IMG/VR virus record: IMGVR_UViG_3300037258_000549
Coordinates: 1 to 64,000 of that record
Direction: 5' to 3' (one strand)
DNA length: 64,000 bases
Source: a virus
Lineage: Duplodnaviria; Heunggongvirae; Uroviricota; Caudoviricetes
This document shows, piece after piece, positions 46,681 to 56,759 of this stretch (position 1 is its first letter; every line of letters starts with the position of its first letter). The notes beneath the pieces were generated by a model. It searched no databases, was not told the origin of the DNA, and saw only the letters and a list, made by a program, of their open reading frames with translations. The position numbers and the translations under genes are program-made.

Positions 46681-49600
46681 GTGACTGTCGCCTTTGTTCA
46701 GTCTAATGACTCCAACGGCAGCACTGCCACCACGCTGTCGGCGACCGGGCTGGGCAACACCGTTGCTTACCTTATCTTCTCGTACAACGACACGGCGATT
46801 ACTTTCGCCTCGTCGTCCCCGACAGTCGGCGGGTCAGCCTACCCAGCTGCCTATCTTGCATACTCCGCGCAGACTGCGGGCGCCGAAGCCGTCTGGTTCG
46901 CGATCTGGGTGTTCCCGGATGTCCCGTCTGGCGCGACCGTATTCAGTACTACCCTTACCGCCGGCGTCATGGACACCAACGTCGGGTCGGCAGCGCTGGA
47001 ATTTAGCGGTCTCGGGGCAGCTCCGGTTGTAGACGTGGATGTATCGGCCCCCGGGACGACAGCGGGCCTGTCTTCGGGCGCGTCACCGACTAATAACTAC
47101 GCTCCCGAGCTGGTCATCGGCGCGGGTGTCGAGTACGGCGTCGTCGTTACCGCGCCGGGCGGCTCATGGCTGGGGACGCTGCAGCCAGGGGATAACGACT
47201 ACTGCATCGTCAACTACCAGATCGCCACCACGTCCGGTAACTCGTACACTTACAATCCCGGGAGCGCTTCAGGTAGCCCGTGGGTAGCAGGTCTCGTCAC
47301 CATCACGGCGGCGCTAGCACCGGTAATCACTACCACGTCCCTGCCGGGTGCAGCCCAGGGCCAGGCCTACTCGGCCACTCTGGCTGCTACTGGCGGTGCT
47401 GGCGGGTACACCTGGGCGGTTACCTCCGGGTCACTGCCCGGCTGGGCGACGCTCAGCTCCGGGGTGATCAGCGGGACTGTCTCCGGCTCAGCCGCGGTCA
47501 CCACGTTCACTGCTACGGTCACCGACTCGGCCAGCAACACCGCCTCGCAGGTGCTGACCCTGGCGGTCGAGGTCAACCTGGCGCTCACGTCGGCCATCCC
47601 CGGCAGTGCCGTGCCGGGTATATTCACCCCCGGCCAGCTGGTAGCTAGCGCCGTTAACGCGACCGCCAGTGCCGGGCTCGCTGCCGCGACCGGAGCGGCT
47701 AAGGCGCCAGCGGCTGCCATCGGTACGGCAACCGGGCTTGCTGCTGCTACTGGCGCTGCGAAACCGCCCGCGGTCCGGCTTGATGCGAATGTCACGGCCG
47801 GGCTCGCTGCCGCGACTGGAGCGGCTAAGGCGCCAGCGGCTGCCATCGGTACGGCAACCGGGCTGGCAAGTGCCACCGGCACCGCCCAGCCGCCCGCGGT
47901 CCAGCTTGATGCGAATGTCACGGCCGGGCTCGCCACCGCCGCGGGAGCAGCTAAAGCGCCAGCGGTTACGGCGGGCACGGCAACCGGACTGGCAAGTGCC
48001 ACCGGCACCGCCCAGCCGCCTGCAATTCGGCTTGATGCGACTGTCACGGCCGGGCTCGCTGCCGCGACCGGGACCGCGGGGGCTTCCCTAGCTGCCGTTG
48101 GCACAGCAGCTGCGCTCGCCGCTGCTACCGGACTCGCAAAGCCGCCCGCGGTCCGGGGGGACGTCAGTACTACGACCGGGCTGGCAAGTGCTACCGGTAC
48201 CGCCGAGCCGCCCGCGGTCCGGGGGGACGTCAGTACTACGGCCGGGCTGGCAAGTGCCACTGGCACCGCCCAGCCGCCCGCGGTCCGGCTTGATGCGAGT
48301 GTCACGGCCGGACTCGCCGTTGCCACCGGGATGGCGGGTCCACCGCTCACTACCGTTGGCACAGCAACCGGGATGGCAAGTGCCACTGGCACCGCCCAGC
48401 CGCCCGCGGTCCGGCTTGATGCGAGTGTCACGGCCGGGCTGGCAAGTACCAGTGGTGCTGCGAAGCAGCCAGCAGCCCGGGTCGACGCGAATGTCGCGGC
48501 CGGGCTGGCAAGTGCCACTGGCACCGCCCAGCCGCCCGCGGTCCGGCTGGATGCGAGTGTTACCGCTGGGCTTGCTGCTGCTACCGGGACGGCCGAGCCG
48601 TCGCCGGTCACCGTCGGTACCGCAACCGGGCTTGCTGCTGCTACCGGAGTCGCTCAGCCGCCTGCAATTCGGCTTGACGCGACTGTCGCCGCCGGACTGG
48701 CTGCTGCTACTGGAGTTGCCCAGCCGGCCTCGGTTAACACGACCGGTAACGCGACCGTCACCGCTGGGCTAGCAGCGGGCACCGGGACCGGGTCACTGCC
48801 CACCGTTCAGCTGAGCGCGGCAGCGGGACTAGCGGCGGCAACGGGTACCGGGTGGCTGGCCGCTACCGGGCGGGTGGCTGACCTGGCAGCTGCTACCGGG
48901 TCCGGGTCACCGCCAACGGCTCAGCTGACCATGGCGACCGGGCGTGCGGCGGGCACCGGGACCGCGCAGCAGCCGGCGGTGCGACTCGACGCGAGTGCCG
49001 CGGCTGGGCTGGCTACCGCTACCGGGTCCGGGCAGCCGCCCGCTGCTGTCATCGTCTTCGCCACCGGGCTGGCGGCCGGTACCGGAACCGGGTCAGCGCC
49101 AACAGCCCAGGTGGCTGCCGTAGCCGGGCTGGCGGCGGGCAGCGGGACCGCGCAGCCGGCGGCGGTGCGGCTGGATACTAGTGCTAGTGCCGGGCTCGCT
49201 GTCGCGACCGGGACCGCGCAGCAGCCGTCGGCCAATACGACGGGCAACGCGAATGTTACGGCCGGGCTTGCCGTCGCGACCGGGACCGCGCAGCCGCCTT
49301 CGGTCAGCATCACCGGTAACGCGTCCCCGGGTGCCGGACTAGCCAGCGCGACCGGAACCGGGTCAGCGCCCAGCGCCCAGGTGACAACAGCGACCGGGCT
49401 CGCTGCTGCTACCGGTGCGGCAAAGCCACCGGCGGTGCGGCTTGATGCCAGCGCCACCGCCGGGCTGGCGGCGGCCACCGGGACCGCGCAGCCGCCCTCG
49501 GTCAGCATCACCGGTAATGCTTCGCCAAGTGCTGGGCTGGCTGCTGCTACCGGGATCGCGCAGCCGCCCTCGGTTAGCACGACCGGTAACGCCTCGCCGG

Positions 49601-50217
49601 GCGCTGGGCTGGCCAGCGCAACCGGGACCAGCTCGCTGCCCGCTGCTCAGCTAACCACGGTGACCGGGCTGGCGGTTAGTACCGGGACTGCGCAGCCGCC
49701 GGGTACCACGGTAAGCGCTGCCGCCGGGCTTGCCGTCGCGACCGGGACCGCCCAGCAGCCGGCCGTCGTGGTGACGGGTAACGCGAGCGCCGTCGCTGGG
49801 CTGGCTGCCGCCATGGGTGCGGCCAGGCAGTCGGCCGCCGCGGTTACGGTTATCGCCGGGCTCGCTGCTGCTACCGGGACCGTTCCGGGAGCGGGCACCG
49901 GGCGCGTCCCCGGTGCGGCGGACGCGACCGGGACCGCGCTGGCACCCGCGCTGGCCCTGGTAGCCAGTGCGCGAGCGGCAACGGCACGGGCGACCGCCTT
50001 GGCGCCCGCGGTCAGTTCCGCGGCCAGCGTGGTCAAGGGCACGAGCGCTGGCACGTCGGTCATCCCTGCGGGTACCGCGCTGGCCACGGTGAGCAACGCA
50101 GTGCCGCCAGTGGCTACGACAGGGGAAAGCGCCGGGACGAGTGCGGCGGTCAGCAACGCGGCGGCGTCGTCGGCAGCGGTATCCGATCAAGTTCTGTCGC
50201 TGAGCGGGGTGAGCTAA
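46681..50217 (+). CDS. Giant repeat-containing tail-fibre-like protein (1178 aa) with a putative Ig-like domain and ~35-45 tandem 21-aa repeats
   Basis: N-terminal domain, then LPGAAQGQAYSATLAATGGAGGYTWAVTSGSLPGW (putative Ig-like), then the repeat unit AGLA(A/S)ATGTAQPPAVRLDASVT (63 bp). Confidence 0.65.
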   Translation: MTVAFVQSNDSNGSTATTLSATGLGNTVAYLIFSYNDTAITFASSSPTVGGSAYPAAYLAYSAQTAGAEAVWFAIWVFPDVPSGATVFSTTLTAGVMDTNVGSAALEFSGLGAAPVVDVDVSAPGTTAGLSSGASPTNNYAPELVIGAGVEYGVVVTAPGGSWLGTLQPGDNDYCIVNYQIATTSGNSYTYNPGSASGSPWVAGLVTITAALAPVITTTSLPGAAQGQAYSATLAATGGAGGYTWAVTSGSLPGWATLSSGVISGTVSGSAAVTTFTATVTDSASNTASQVLTLAVEVNLALTSAIPGSAVPGIFTPGQLVASAVNATASAGLAAATGAAKAPAAAIGTATGLAAATGAAKPPAVRLDANVTAGLAAATGAAKAPAAAIGTATGLASATGTAQPPAVQLDANVTAGLATAAGAAKAPAVTAGTATGLASATGTAQPPAIRLDATVTAGLAAATGTAGASLAAVGTAAALAAATGLAKPPAVRGDVSTTTGLASATGTAEPPAVRGDVSTTAGLASATGTAQPPAVRLDASVTAGLAVATGMAGPPLTTVGTATGMASATGTAQPPAVRLDASVTAGLASTSGAAKQPAARVDANVAAGLASATGTAQPPAVRLDASVTAGLAAATGTAEPSPVTVGTATGLAAATGVAQPPAIRLDATVAAGLAAATGVAQPASVNTTGNATVTAGLAAGTGTGSLPTVQLSAAAGLAAATGTGWLAATGRVADLAAATGSGSPPTAQLTMATGRAAGTGTAQQPAVRLDASAAAGLATATGSGQPPAAVIVFATGLAAGTGTGSAPTAQVAAVAGLAAGSGTAQPAAVRLDTSASAGLAVATGTAQQPSANTTGNANVTAGLAVATGTAQPPSVSITGNASPGAGLASATGTGSAPSAQVTTATGLAAATGAAKPPAVRLDASATAGLAAATGTAQPPSVSITGNASPSAGLAAATGIAQPPSVSTTGNASPGAGLASATGTSSLPAAQLTTVTGLAVSTGTAQPPGTTVSAAAGLAVATGTAQQPAVVVTGNASAVAGLAAAMGAARQSAAAVTVIAGLAAATGTVPGAGTGRVPGAADATGTALAPALALVASARAATARATALAPAVSSAASVVKGTSAGTSVIPAGTALATVSNAVPPVATTGESAGTSAAVSNAAASSAAVSDQVLSLSGVS
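47650..49900 (+). repeat. 63-bp (21-codon) in-frame tandem repeat array within the 46681 gene
   Basis: GTCACGGCCGGGCTGGCAAGTGCCACTGGCACCGCCCAGCCGCCCGCGGTCCGGCTTGATGCGA-like unit, reiterated with variants. Confidence 0.7.
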
Positions 50218-50218
50218 T

Positions 50219-52414
50219 GTGGCGCTGAGTGACAGCGCCGTCACCTCCAACCAGGTGGCAGCGGCCAGCGGCGTCGCCACATCCACGACGTCGTTCTCAC
50301 CGGGGGCCGGGTCCCTGGTGCTGGTGATGGTGTCGTGGATGTTCGCCACCAACGTTACGGCCACGCTGACCTGCAAGGACTCGGCTGGTACGACATACAC
50401 GGCCGGCCCGCAGAAGCAGGATACGCAGGGCATCGGCATCTCGGCCGTTTTCACGCACGTGTACGCCAGCGCACCCGGCAGCATCACGGTTAAGGCCACC
50501 TGCTCGAATACCGGCGCGGCGGACGCGATCATCTCCCCCCGGATCATCACCGGGCAGGCGAGCAGCCAGTCCGGGGCGGCTACCCTGACGACCAACAACG
50601 CATCCATTTCAACGGCGGTCCACGGGTCTATCACTACCACGGTCGCCGGCAGCCTGGTCTACGTTGCCTGCGACATCGGCGGCGTGTTCACGCTGACGGC
50701 GGTGAGCGGCATTACCACCGTGAACACCTGGGCAGATGCCAGCGCCGGGGATGCCGGGGCAACCGGGCGCACCACAAGTGTGACCGGGACACCCGGTGCG
50801 GTCACGGCCGGCTGGACGTCATCGTCATCCGGCTTCTGGGGCCTGGCCGCGCTGGAAGTCCTGCCGGTGAGCGGCATCTCCGCGAGCGCCGGGCTGGCAA
50901 CGGGCACCGGGACCGCTGAGCAGCCGTCAGTAGAAGTTGACGACAGCGGCCCGGCCGGGCTGGCCGCGGCTACCGGGGTCGCGCAGCCACCGGTAGCTAA
51001 GGCGAGTGCCGCGGCGGGGCTCGCGACGGCAACCGGGACGGCGTGGCCGGCGTCGGTGACCCTCACCGGGAACCGGACGGTATCGGCCGGGCTCGCGACC
51101 GCAACGGGGACCGCTGAACCGCCTGCCGTCCGGCTTGATGCGACGGTGACCGCCGGGCAGGCTGCGGCTACCGGGGCCGCGCTGCTGCCTGCCGTCCGGC
51201 TTGATGCGACGGTGACCACCGGGCAGGCTGCGGCTACCGGGGCGGCACGACCGGCGTCGGTGACCACCACCGGGAGTCAGTCGCCAACGGCCGGGCTGGC
51301 CGCCGCGGTGGCTGCCGCCGGGTCACCGGTCACAAAAATCGGCATCGCCGCGGGGCGGGCAGCCGGGGCCGGGAGCGGGTTGCCGGTTATTTTCTATGCA
51401 ACCTCCCCGGCGCTGGCCACCTCCGGGTTCGGCCCGTTCTCACAGGTCCCGGTGAACTCAGCGGTGCTGGCCGTCATCGCGAATATCGCCGCGTACGGCT
51501 CCGACTCGGCTATTGCCGCGCCGGTCTACGAGTTGTGGGACGGCGCGAGCGCCCGGATTGGCGCCGCGCAGCCCGGCACAGCGACCACCAGTGCGGCGAA
51601 TGTGGACAGCCTGGTGTTTCCCGGGGTGGCCTACAGCCAGCTGGCCACGCTGCAGCTGCGGGTTTACGCCCGGTCGGCGCAGCCCGGGAATTCCGGCGCA
51701 ACTGAGTCGGCCGATTACGTGGCGCTGTCGGTGGCCTGGAGCCCGGCTACTAGTGTCGTTATCACCCCGGGCGTGCAGAAAGGCAGCACGGGGTTTCCGG
51801 CACCGGCGATCGTGGCTGGCCGGACAATGACGCCTAATACGCTGGCGGTCACCCCGGCTTTTCCCGCCGTAAGTACCGGTACACTGCTACCTGGCATTAT
51901 CACCCCGGTAGTACTTGCTGCTGCCCGGTCACTTCCCGGCCCGGCGGTCAGCACCGGGACTACCGTGTTTCCCAGTGTGCTGGCGCGGCTCGCAATGTTC
52001 CCGGCGGTGCTGCCGTCGACCGCTGTTAACGTCGTCATTACCCCGGGCGTGCGGAAAGGCGGCACAGCGATCCCGGCACCGGCGATCGTGGCTGGCCGGA
52101 CGGTGCTGCCTAGCACGCTGGCGGTTACCCCGGCCTTTCCCGCTGTTAGCACCGGTACGCTGCTGCCCGGCATTATCACCCCGGTGGTGTTCGCTGCCAC
52201 CCGGTCACTTCCCGGCCCGGCGGTCAGCACCGGAACCACCGTGTTTCCCGGCGTGCTGGCGCGGCTCGCCGTATTCCCGGCGATTACCGACGTTTCCGCG
52301 CCCGGGTACGCCGCAGCGGAAAGCGTGCTGGCCGGTGGCAGCGGAAGCTGGGCTAACCCGGCGGGCATCATTGGACCGCCGGACGGGAACAGCGCGACGT
52401 GGACGGTGGCCTGA
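50219..52414 (+). CDS. Second repeat-containing tail-fibre-like protein (731 aa)
   Basis: GTG start. Same 21-aa repeats (~50880-51300). Also a ~275-bp direct duplication (~51756-52030 versus 52031-52290). Confidence 0.65.
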   Translation: MALSDSAVTSNQVAAASGVATSTTSFSPGAGSLVLVMVSWMFATNVTATLTCKDSAGTTYTAGPQKQDTQGIGISAVFTHVYASAPGSITVKATCSNTGAADAIISPRIITGQASSQSGAATLTTNNASISTAVHGSITTTVAGSLVYVACDIGGVFTLTAVSGITTVNTWADASAGDAGATGRTTSVTGTPGAVTAGWTSSSSGFWGLAALEVLPVSGISASAGLATGTGTAEQPSVEVDDSGPAGLAAATGVAQPPVAKASAAAGLATATGTAWPASVTLTGNRTVSAGLATATGTAEPPAVRLDATVTAGQAAATGAALLPAVRLDATVTTGQAAATGAARPASVTTTGSQSPTAGLAAAVAAAGSPVTKIGIAAGRAAGAGSGLPVIFYATSPALATSGFGPFSQVPVNSAVLAVIANIAAYGSDSAIAAPVYELWDGASARIGAAQPGTATTSAANVDSLVFPGVAYSQLATLQLRVYARSAQPGNSGATESADYVALSVAWSPATSVVITPGVQKGSTGFPAPAIVAGRTMTPNTLAVTPAFPAVSTGTLLPGIITPVVLAAARSLPGPAVSTGTTVFPSVLARLAMFPAVLPSTAVNVVITPGVRKGGTAIPAPAIVAGRTVLPSTLAVTPAFPAVSTGTLLPGIITPVVFAATRSLPGPAVSTGTTVFPGVLARLAVFPAITDVSAPGYAAAESVLAGGSGSWANPAGIIGPPDGNSATWTVA

Positions 52415-52890
52415 GGTTCGGGATGGCTGGTCGGTGCGGGCCGGGTAGTCGGTACGGGATGGGCCGGCGCGGGAGGGGTTGAACTGGCCAGTCGGTGGGG
52501 GTCGGGATGGCTGGTCGGTGCGGTCCGGGGGCGGGGCGGGATGGCTGGTCGAGGAGGAGCGGGCAGGAGTGAACTGGGCGGGTATGAGCTGTCGGTGCGG
52601 CTCGGCTCAGAGGGTCTGGTGGGGGTAGTCGGTCCGAGATGGGCAGGGTGGGGGCGGGTAGTCGGCGCGGGAGGGATGGACTGGGCCTGGCCTGTCGGTC
52701 CGGGACGGTTGGGGCTGGCAAGGTAAGTCGGTTCGCAACGGGCCGGGTGGGGGCGGGTAGTCGGCGCGGTCCGGAGCGGGCTGGCCTGGCATGTCGGCGC
52801 GGGAGGGATGGACTGGGGATGAGTTGTCGGTCCGTTATGGCAGGCCGTCAGAAGCGGGAAGGCCGGTATATCCGCCCTGGTTACGGAGTC
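52415..52890. repeat. Block B4 of RGTCGGYRCGG repeats with boundary CCGCCCTGGTTACGGAGTC
   Basis: Starts 1 nt after the 52414 stop. G-rich. Ends in the conserved boundary. Confidence 0.8.
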
Positions 52891-52903
52891 CTCTGGAGTA
52901 TAG
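52889..52903 (+). promoter_or_regulatory. Motif TCCTCTGGAGTATAG (copy f)
   Basis: Member of the 15-mer family. Confidence 0.35.
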
Positions 52904-52999
52904 CAAGATCGGGCGTATGCTGGAGGTGCAGCCTGCGGCCAACAATGAAGCCGGGCTAACCGGAGGAGCCGGGCATGCCTTGAACTAAGGCTGCCCTGG

Positions 53000-53224
53000 A
53001 TGTCTGAGTACTCGGATAAGTTGAAGTCGGTCGGCTACCTGTCCCGTGGCCGTACCCGCAGCCGCGAGAAATCCGGCCGGTCACACCCCGAATCCGGCCA
53101 GCCATTCAAGGCCGTGCGGGACGAACTGGGCAATGTCGTTACGGAACATTCCCAGCCGGGTTCGGGCGTGTCGTGCCGCCAGGACGTGAACCTGCATCCG
53201 GACGTGGTGCGGGGTCCGCGGTGA
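53000..53224 (+). CDS. Small hypothetical protein
   Basis: ATG start. GC3-rich. Confidence 0.45.
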   Translation: MSEYSDKLKSVGYLSRGRTRSREKSGRSHPESGQPFKAVRDELGNVVTEHSQPGSGVSCRQDVNLHPDVVRGPR

Positions 53225-53514
53225 GCCGGGAGTCGCAGGAGATCCTCTTCCGGGAGCTGAACAAGTTCCGGCCGGGAGACGACCCGGCGCCGCTGCAGGC
53301 CGCTGCCGTCGGCCACCTAGGCGCGTCCCGGCGGCTGGAAATTTTGATGGAGGAGTACGCCGCGGCGATGGACGGCCGGGAAAGCCACAACGCGGAGCAG
53401 CACGCTGCCGCTCAGCGGATCGCCGACGAGATGGCCCCGGTGAATATGGCCCGGCGCGTGACCGCGGGGCTGCTGCCGGGCGTGTCGCACGTGGCCGGAG
53501 GTGATTCCCGTTAG
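53221..53514 (+). CDS. Hypothetical protein
   Basis: GTGA overlap start. Confidence 0.45.
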   Translation: MSRESQEILFRELNKFRPGDDPAPLQAAAVGHLGASRRLEILMEEYAAAMDGRESHNAEQHAAAQRIADEMAPVNMARRVTAGLLPGVSHVAGGDSR

Positions 53515-53974
53515 TTGGACGGAAAGCGGACTGTTTTTTGCTACCTGGCGCGATATGCTTAAGGATGCCACGTCTGTTAGCTTGGTTGACACTAATAATA
53601 ACCTCGCGCTGGTCAGCAATACTGAGACGCCTGATTATATCTCAGCCACTGACCCGTCCACCTGGACAACGACTAATGAGGTAACTGGAACCAACTGGTC
53701 GTCCGGTGGGATTAACTTGAGTACCGGCAGCTACGGCCCGACGGTCACCCAGAGTCCAAGTAAGACACTGATGTGGGACATGACTAATAACGTCGCCGTG
53801 GCTAGTACTACCATTACTGGTGCATATGGCTGCTATATCTATGCCAATGGGCTAAGTCCGAAGGCAAAGATTATCGGTGTCTGGTTCGGCGGCACTGGCT
53901 ATTCCACAGTGGCGGGCACTTTTGCTATTACCTGGAATACTTTGGGCGTAGCAACTATCCAAATGGCGGCATGA
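53501..53974 (+). CDS. Minor-tail-like protein A2, paralog of the 44631 gene
   Basis: GTG start. Conserved SWT N-terminus and C-terminal motifs shared with A1. Confidence 0.55.
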   Translation: MIPVSWTESGLFFATWRDMLKDATSVSLVDTNNNLALVSNTETPDYISATDPSTWTTTNEVTGTNWSSGGINLSTGSYGPTVTQSPSKTLMWDMTNNVAVASTTITGAYGCYIYANGLSPKAKIIGVWFGGTGYSTVAGTFAITWNTLGVATIQMAA

Positions 53975-53975
53975 T

Positions 53976-54264
53976 GAATTACTGGGCTGGCGCGACGGGA
54001 TGGCTGGTCGCCTGGGATGGGCCGGAGCGAGGCGGGTCGACTGGGGTCGTCGGCGCGGGAGGGAAGGGTTCGGGTAGCCGAGGGCCGGGACGTCGGCGCG
54101 GGCTGGGTGGAGATGGCGCGGGATGGCACGTCGTTTGGGATGGACCGGGGCGGGGCGGGCCGACTGGGGTAGTCGGTGCGGGCGGGTTAGGCGTGTGCAG
54201 TCGGTGCGGGTCCGGGGCGGGATGGGTTGGGTTGGGTAGTCGTATCCGCCCTGGTTACGGAGTC
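53976..54264. repeat. Block B5 of RGTCGGYRCGG repeats with boundary CCGCCCTGGTTACGGAGTC
   Basis: G-rich GTCGG tract. The boundary is nearly identical to that of B4. Confidence 0.8.
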
Positions 54265-54277
54265 TCCTGCAGTATAC
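54263..54277 (+). promoter_or_regulatory. Motif TCTCCTGCAGTATAC (copy g), 7 nt upstream of the 54284 ATG
   Basis: If TATACC acts as a -10 box, the transcript would be leaderless or near-leaderless. Confidence 0.35.
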
Positions 54278-54283
54278 CCTTAG

Positions 54284-55231
54284 ATGGGCTTTGGTATGAC
54301 GAGCACTATTTTTTACGATGACGTTAACGAAATCGCCCTGCTCACTAACAATTTTCAGCTGAACGGCGTCAATACCGATCCGACGACGGTTTCCTGCGTG
54401 GTGACCGACCCGAGCGGTACTAGTGTTACGCACACCTACGCCGGCGCCCTCCCCGCGGATATCACTAAACCGTTGGTCGGGAAGTACTCGCTGAGCGTGC
54501 CGTGCTCGCCGGTCATTGCCGGGATCGACGGACTGTGGTCTTACGTGTGGATCGGCACCGGTGCGGTCTCTGATGTGCAGCCGGGGACCTGGCGGGTGCT
54601 GCCCGAGTCGGTGAACCAGTTTTATTGCGGGCTGGAAGAGTTGAAGGACCGGCTGGGCATTACTGATAATACTGATGACTACGCCGCGCAAATGGCGATT
54701 CAGGCTGCATCTTCATGGATCGCGGAGTACTGCGCGCAGCCATTCTATCGGCTGACCGAAACGCGTACCTTCCGGCCGCATGATATCTGGGCTTTGGATA
54801 TCGACCCGGTTATTACCGTGACCGCGCTGAATGTGGACACCGACGGCGACGGCGTCTTTGAGCAGGCCTGGGTGCAGGGCACCGATTACCAGCTGCTCGT
54901 TGGTGACAATTCTTATAATGTCAACGCTTACGGGGTCGCGCGCCCGTACCGGCGAGTGCAGGTGCTGCAAGCGGGTAAATGGTTCCCGTTCGTTTGGCCG
55001 TACAGCCACCTGGACCGCATTCAGATTTCCGGGACCTGGGGCTGGCCCGCGGTACCACCGCCCGTCGCTCAGGCGTGCCTGGTGCTGGCCGCGCAATGGT
55101 TCAAAGAGAAGGATGCGCCTTTCGGAATTTTGGGGACCTCCGATTTCGGTGTCACCCGCATACAACAGAGCCCGTGGACAGTCGAGCAGCTTCGACCCTA
55201 TATCTACACAAAACGCAAGGTGGGAGTATAA
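54284..55231 (+). CDS. Structural protein, possibly with a gp6-like head-tail connector domain
   Basis: 315 aa. The central region GITDNTDDYAAQMAIQAASSWIAEYC resembles a head-tail connector family. The assignment is tentative. Confidence 0.5.
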   Translation: MGFGMTSTIFYDDVNEIALLTNNFQLNGVNTDPTTVSCVVTDPSGTSVTHTYAGALPADITKPLVGKYSLSVPCSPVIAGIDGLWSYVWIGTGAVSDVQPGTWRVLPESVNQFYCGLEELKDRLGITDNTDDYAAQMAIQAASSWIAEYCAQPFYRLTETRTFRPHDIWALDIDPVITVTALNVDTDGDGVFEQAWVQGTDYQLLVGDNSYNVNAYGVARPYRRVQVLQAGKWFPFVWPYSHLDRIQISGTWGWPAVPPPVAQACLVLAAQWFKEKDAPFGILGTSDFGVTRIQQSPWTVEQLRPYIYTKRKVGV

Positions 55232-55234
55232 TTT

Positions 55235-55255
55235 TGATTTATTTTTTCGAATCAA
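55235..55255 (+). terminator. Weak AT-rich hairpin TTGATT-N9-AATCAA after the 55231 stop
   Basis: Inverted repeat flanking a T-rich loop. Confidence 0.25.
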
Positions 55256-55369
55256 AGTTGCTGACTGCGGAGCGACTAGGTATCCGCCAAAAGAGAGGAT
55301 AACTAGCATGCACTACCGCGCTGAGCTGCTTGAACGCCTGTGAGATACTGAGCGCGAAAGGGGGTATCA

Positions 55370-55903
55370 GTGCCTGACGATGACCGGCTGACCGCGCTGC
55401 AGCTCGCTGTCGCCGTGCAGACGGCAAACAAGAGCTTGCCGACCGCGCAGGCGGGGGACGTGACGGCGATGGCGGAGGCCTTCTACCGCTGGCTGGAAGC
55501 TCCCGTTACCCTGGTTCTCTCCTGTGATCCGCTCACTTACCCGCAGGCGTCCCCGGAAAGCCCGGGAACACCGACTGTTATGAAGGGAAGTACCGTGCAA
55601 CTCACCGATACCCAGCAGGTCACGCTCACCGTGTCCGAGCAGGACAGCAAGCAGCAGCCGGTCACCGGCGACAGCCTCGCCTGGACGGTCGACAACCCGG
55701 CCGTCGTCGTGATCACCCCGGCTGCCGACGGCTACTCGTGCCTGTGCGTGGCGGGAACCGACGGCGTGGCTACCGTTACCGTCGCGGACAACACGGTGAC
55801 GCCGCCGCTGACCGGCACGGACGTGCTCACGGTGGTCTCTTCCGCCGCGACCAGTCTCATGGTCAGCGAGGGCACCGCGGAAGACCAGCCGCCCGCAGTC
55901 TGA
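55370..55903 (+). CDS. Protein with a bacterial Ig-like (Big_2-like) domain
   Basis: RBS GAAAGGGGG then GTG. TVMKGSTVQLTDTQQVTLTV...VATVTVAD. Confidence 0.5.
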   Translation: MPDDDRLTALQLAVAVQTANKSLPTAQAGDVTAMAEAFYRWLEAPVTLVLSCDPLTYPQASPESPGTPTVMKGSTVQLTDTQQVTLTVSEQDSKQQPVTGDSLAWTVDNPAVVVITPAADGYSCLCVAGTDGVATVTVADNTVTPPLTGTDVLTVVSSAATSLMVSEGTAEDQPPAV

Positions 55904-56092
55904 GCTGTAGCTGAAGCTCCCGGGTGGCGCACCGTCCGCAGCGTGCGCTACCCGGGGCAGGACCAACTGAAGTAGCAAGGTAATAGCATGCGCGTCCTTA
56001 CCACCGCCGCCCTGTCCGGTGGCTCATTGGTTCCAGTCGACAACGTGAGGTCGAGTACGCCTCGGCCGCCGCGCACCCGAGCAGGCTGAGCG

Positions 56093-56758
56093 ATGGCCGT
56101 CGCGCCGAAGCCGAAGAAGACCGCCGCTCAGGCGAAGGCAGCGACCGCGTTCGCGGCGGCAGGCCGGGCGGCGCAGGCGGCTACCCGGGCGGCGGCGATC
56201 AAGAAGACTGGTAAGCCACCACCGGTTTCTAAGGCCCGGCATCAGGCAGCACTGAAGTGGGCGGCGGCCGGGCGCGCGTCCCAGGCAGCAGCTAAAGCCG
56301 GCAAGAAGGTAGCAAAGAAGAAGGTCGCTGCCGTTGCCCCGGAGCTGCTCCAGGCGCACCCGGGCGCGCAGTGGCCTGTCGGCTGCAACGATACTGACCC
56401 TACGTGCGCGGCGGTGGCTGTCGCCTGCCATCTGCAAGCAGTTACCGGCTTTACCATGAGCAACAAGGACATATTGAAGCTGCACCGGCTAGCCGGCGGT
56501 GAAACCGGAGCGACGATCAGCGACGTGCTGGAAGCGATGCAGGAGCACTGGGCCAGCTTTAGTAAAGGCCGGGTCAGGTTGCTGTCGTTTTTCCAGACTG
56601 ATGAGCAGTTTATTGTCGCGGGCCTGGTAGTCGGCGTCCAGCTTGGTCATGAGGGGCACGCCGTTTTGTCCTGCCCCGGGGGGATGATCACTTGGGGCCG
56701 GTACCTGCCGTGGGCGGGCGAGCCCCGTGAAGCATGGGCCATCGAGTGGGGTTTGTGA
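56093..56758 (+). CDS. Ala/Lys-rich N-terminus plus a putative Cys/His peptidase-like C-terminal domain (candidate lysis enzyme)
   Basis: N-terminal AKAATAFAAAGRAAQAA... and C-terminal ...DPTCAAVAVACHL...GHAVLSCPGGMITWG. The function is a guess. Confidence 0.45.
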   Translation: MAVAPKPKKTAAQAKAATAFAAAGRAAQAATRAAAIKKTGKPPPVSKARHQAALKWAAAGRASQAAAKAGKKVAKKKVAAVAPELLQAHPGAQWPVGCNDTDPTCAAVAVACHLQAVTGFTMSNKDILKLHRLAGGETGATISDVLEAMQEHWASFSKGRVRLLSFFQTDEQFIVAGLVVGVQLGHEGHAVLSCPGGMITWGRYLPWAGEPREAWAIEWGL

Positions 56759-56759
56759 G

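Noticed and set aside
47367-52371. Large - strand ORFs (47367-48611, 48921-49580, 49647-50640, 50659-51270, 51715-52371)
   Set aside because: Antisense to the repeat-rich fibre genes. An open frame is expected because of the GC-rich in-frame repeats.
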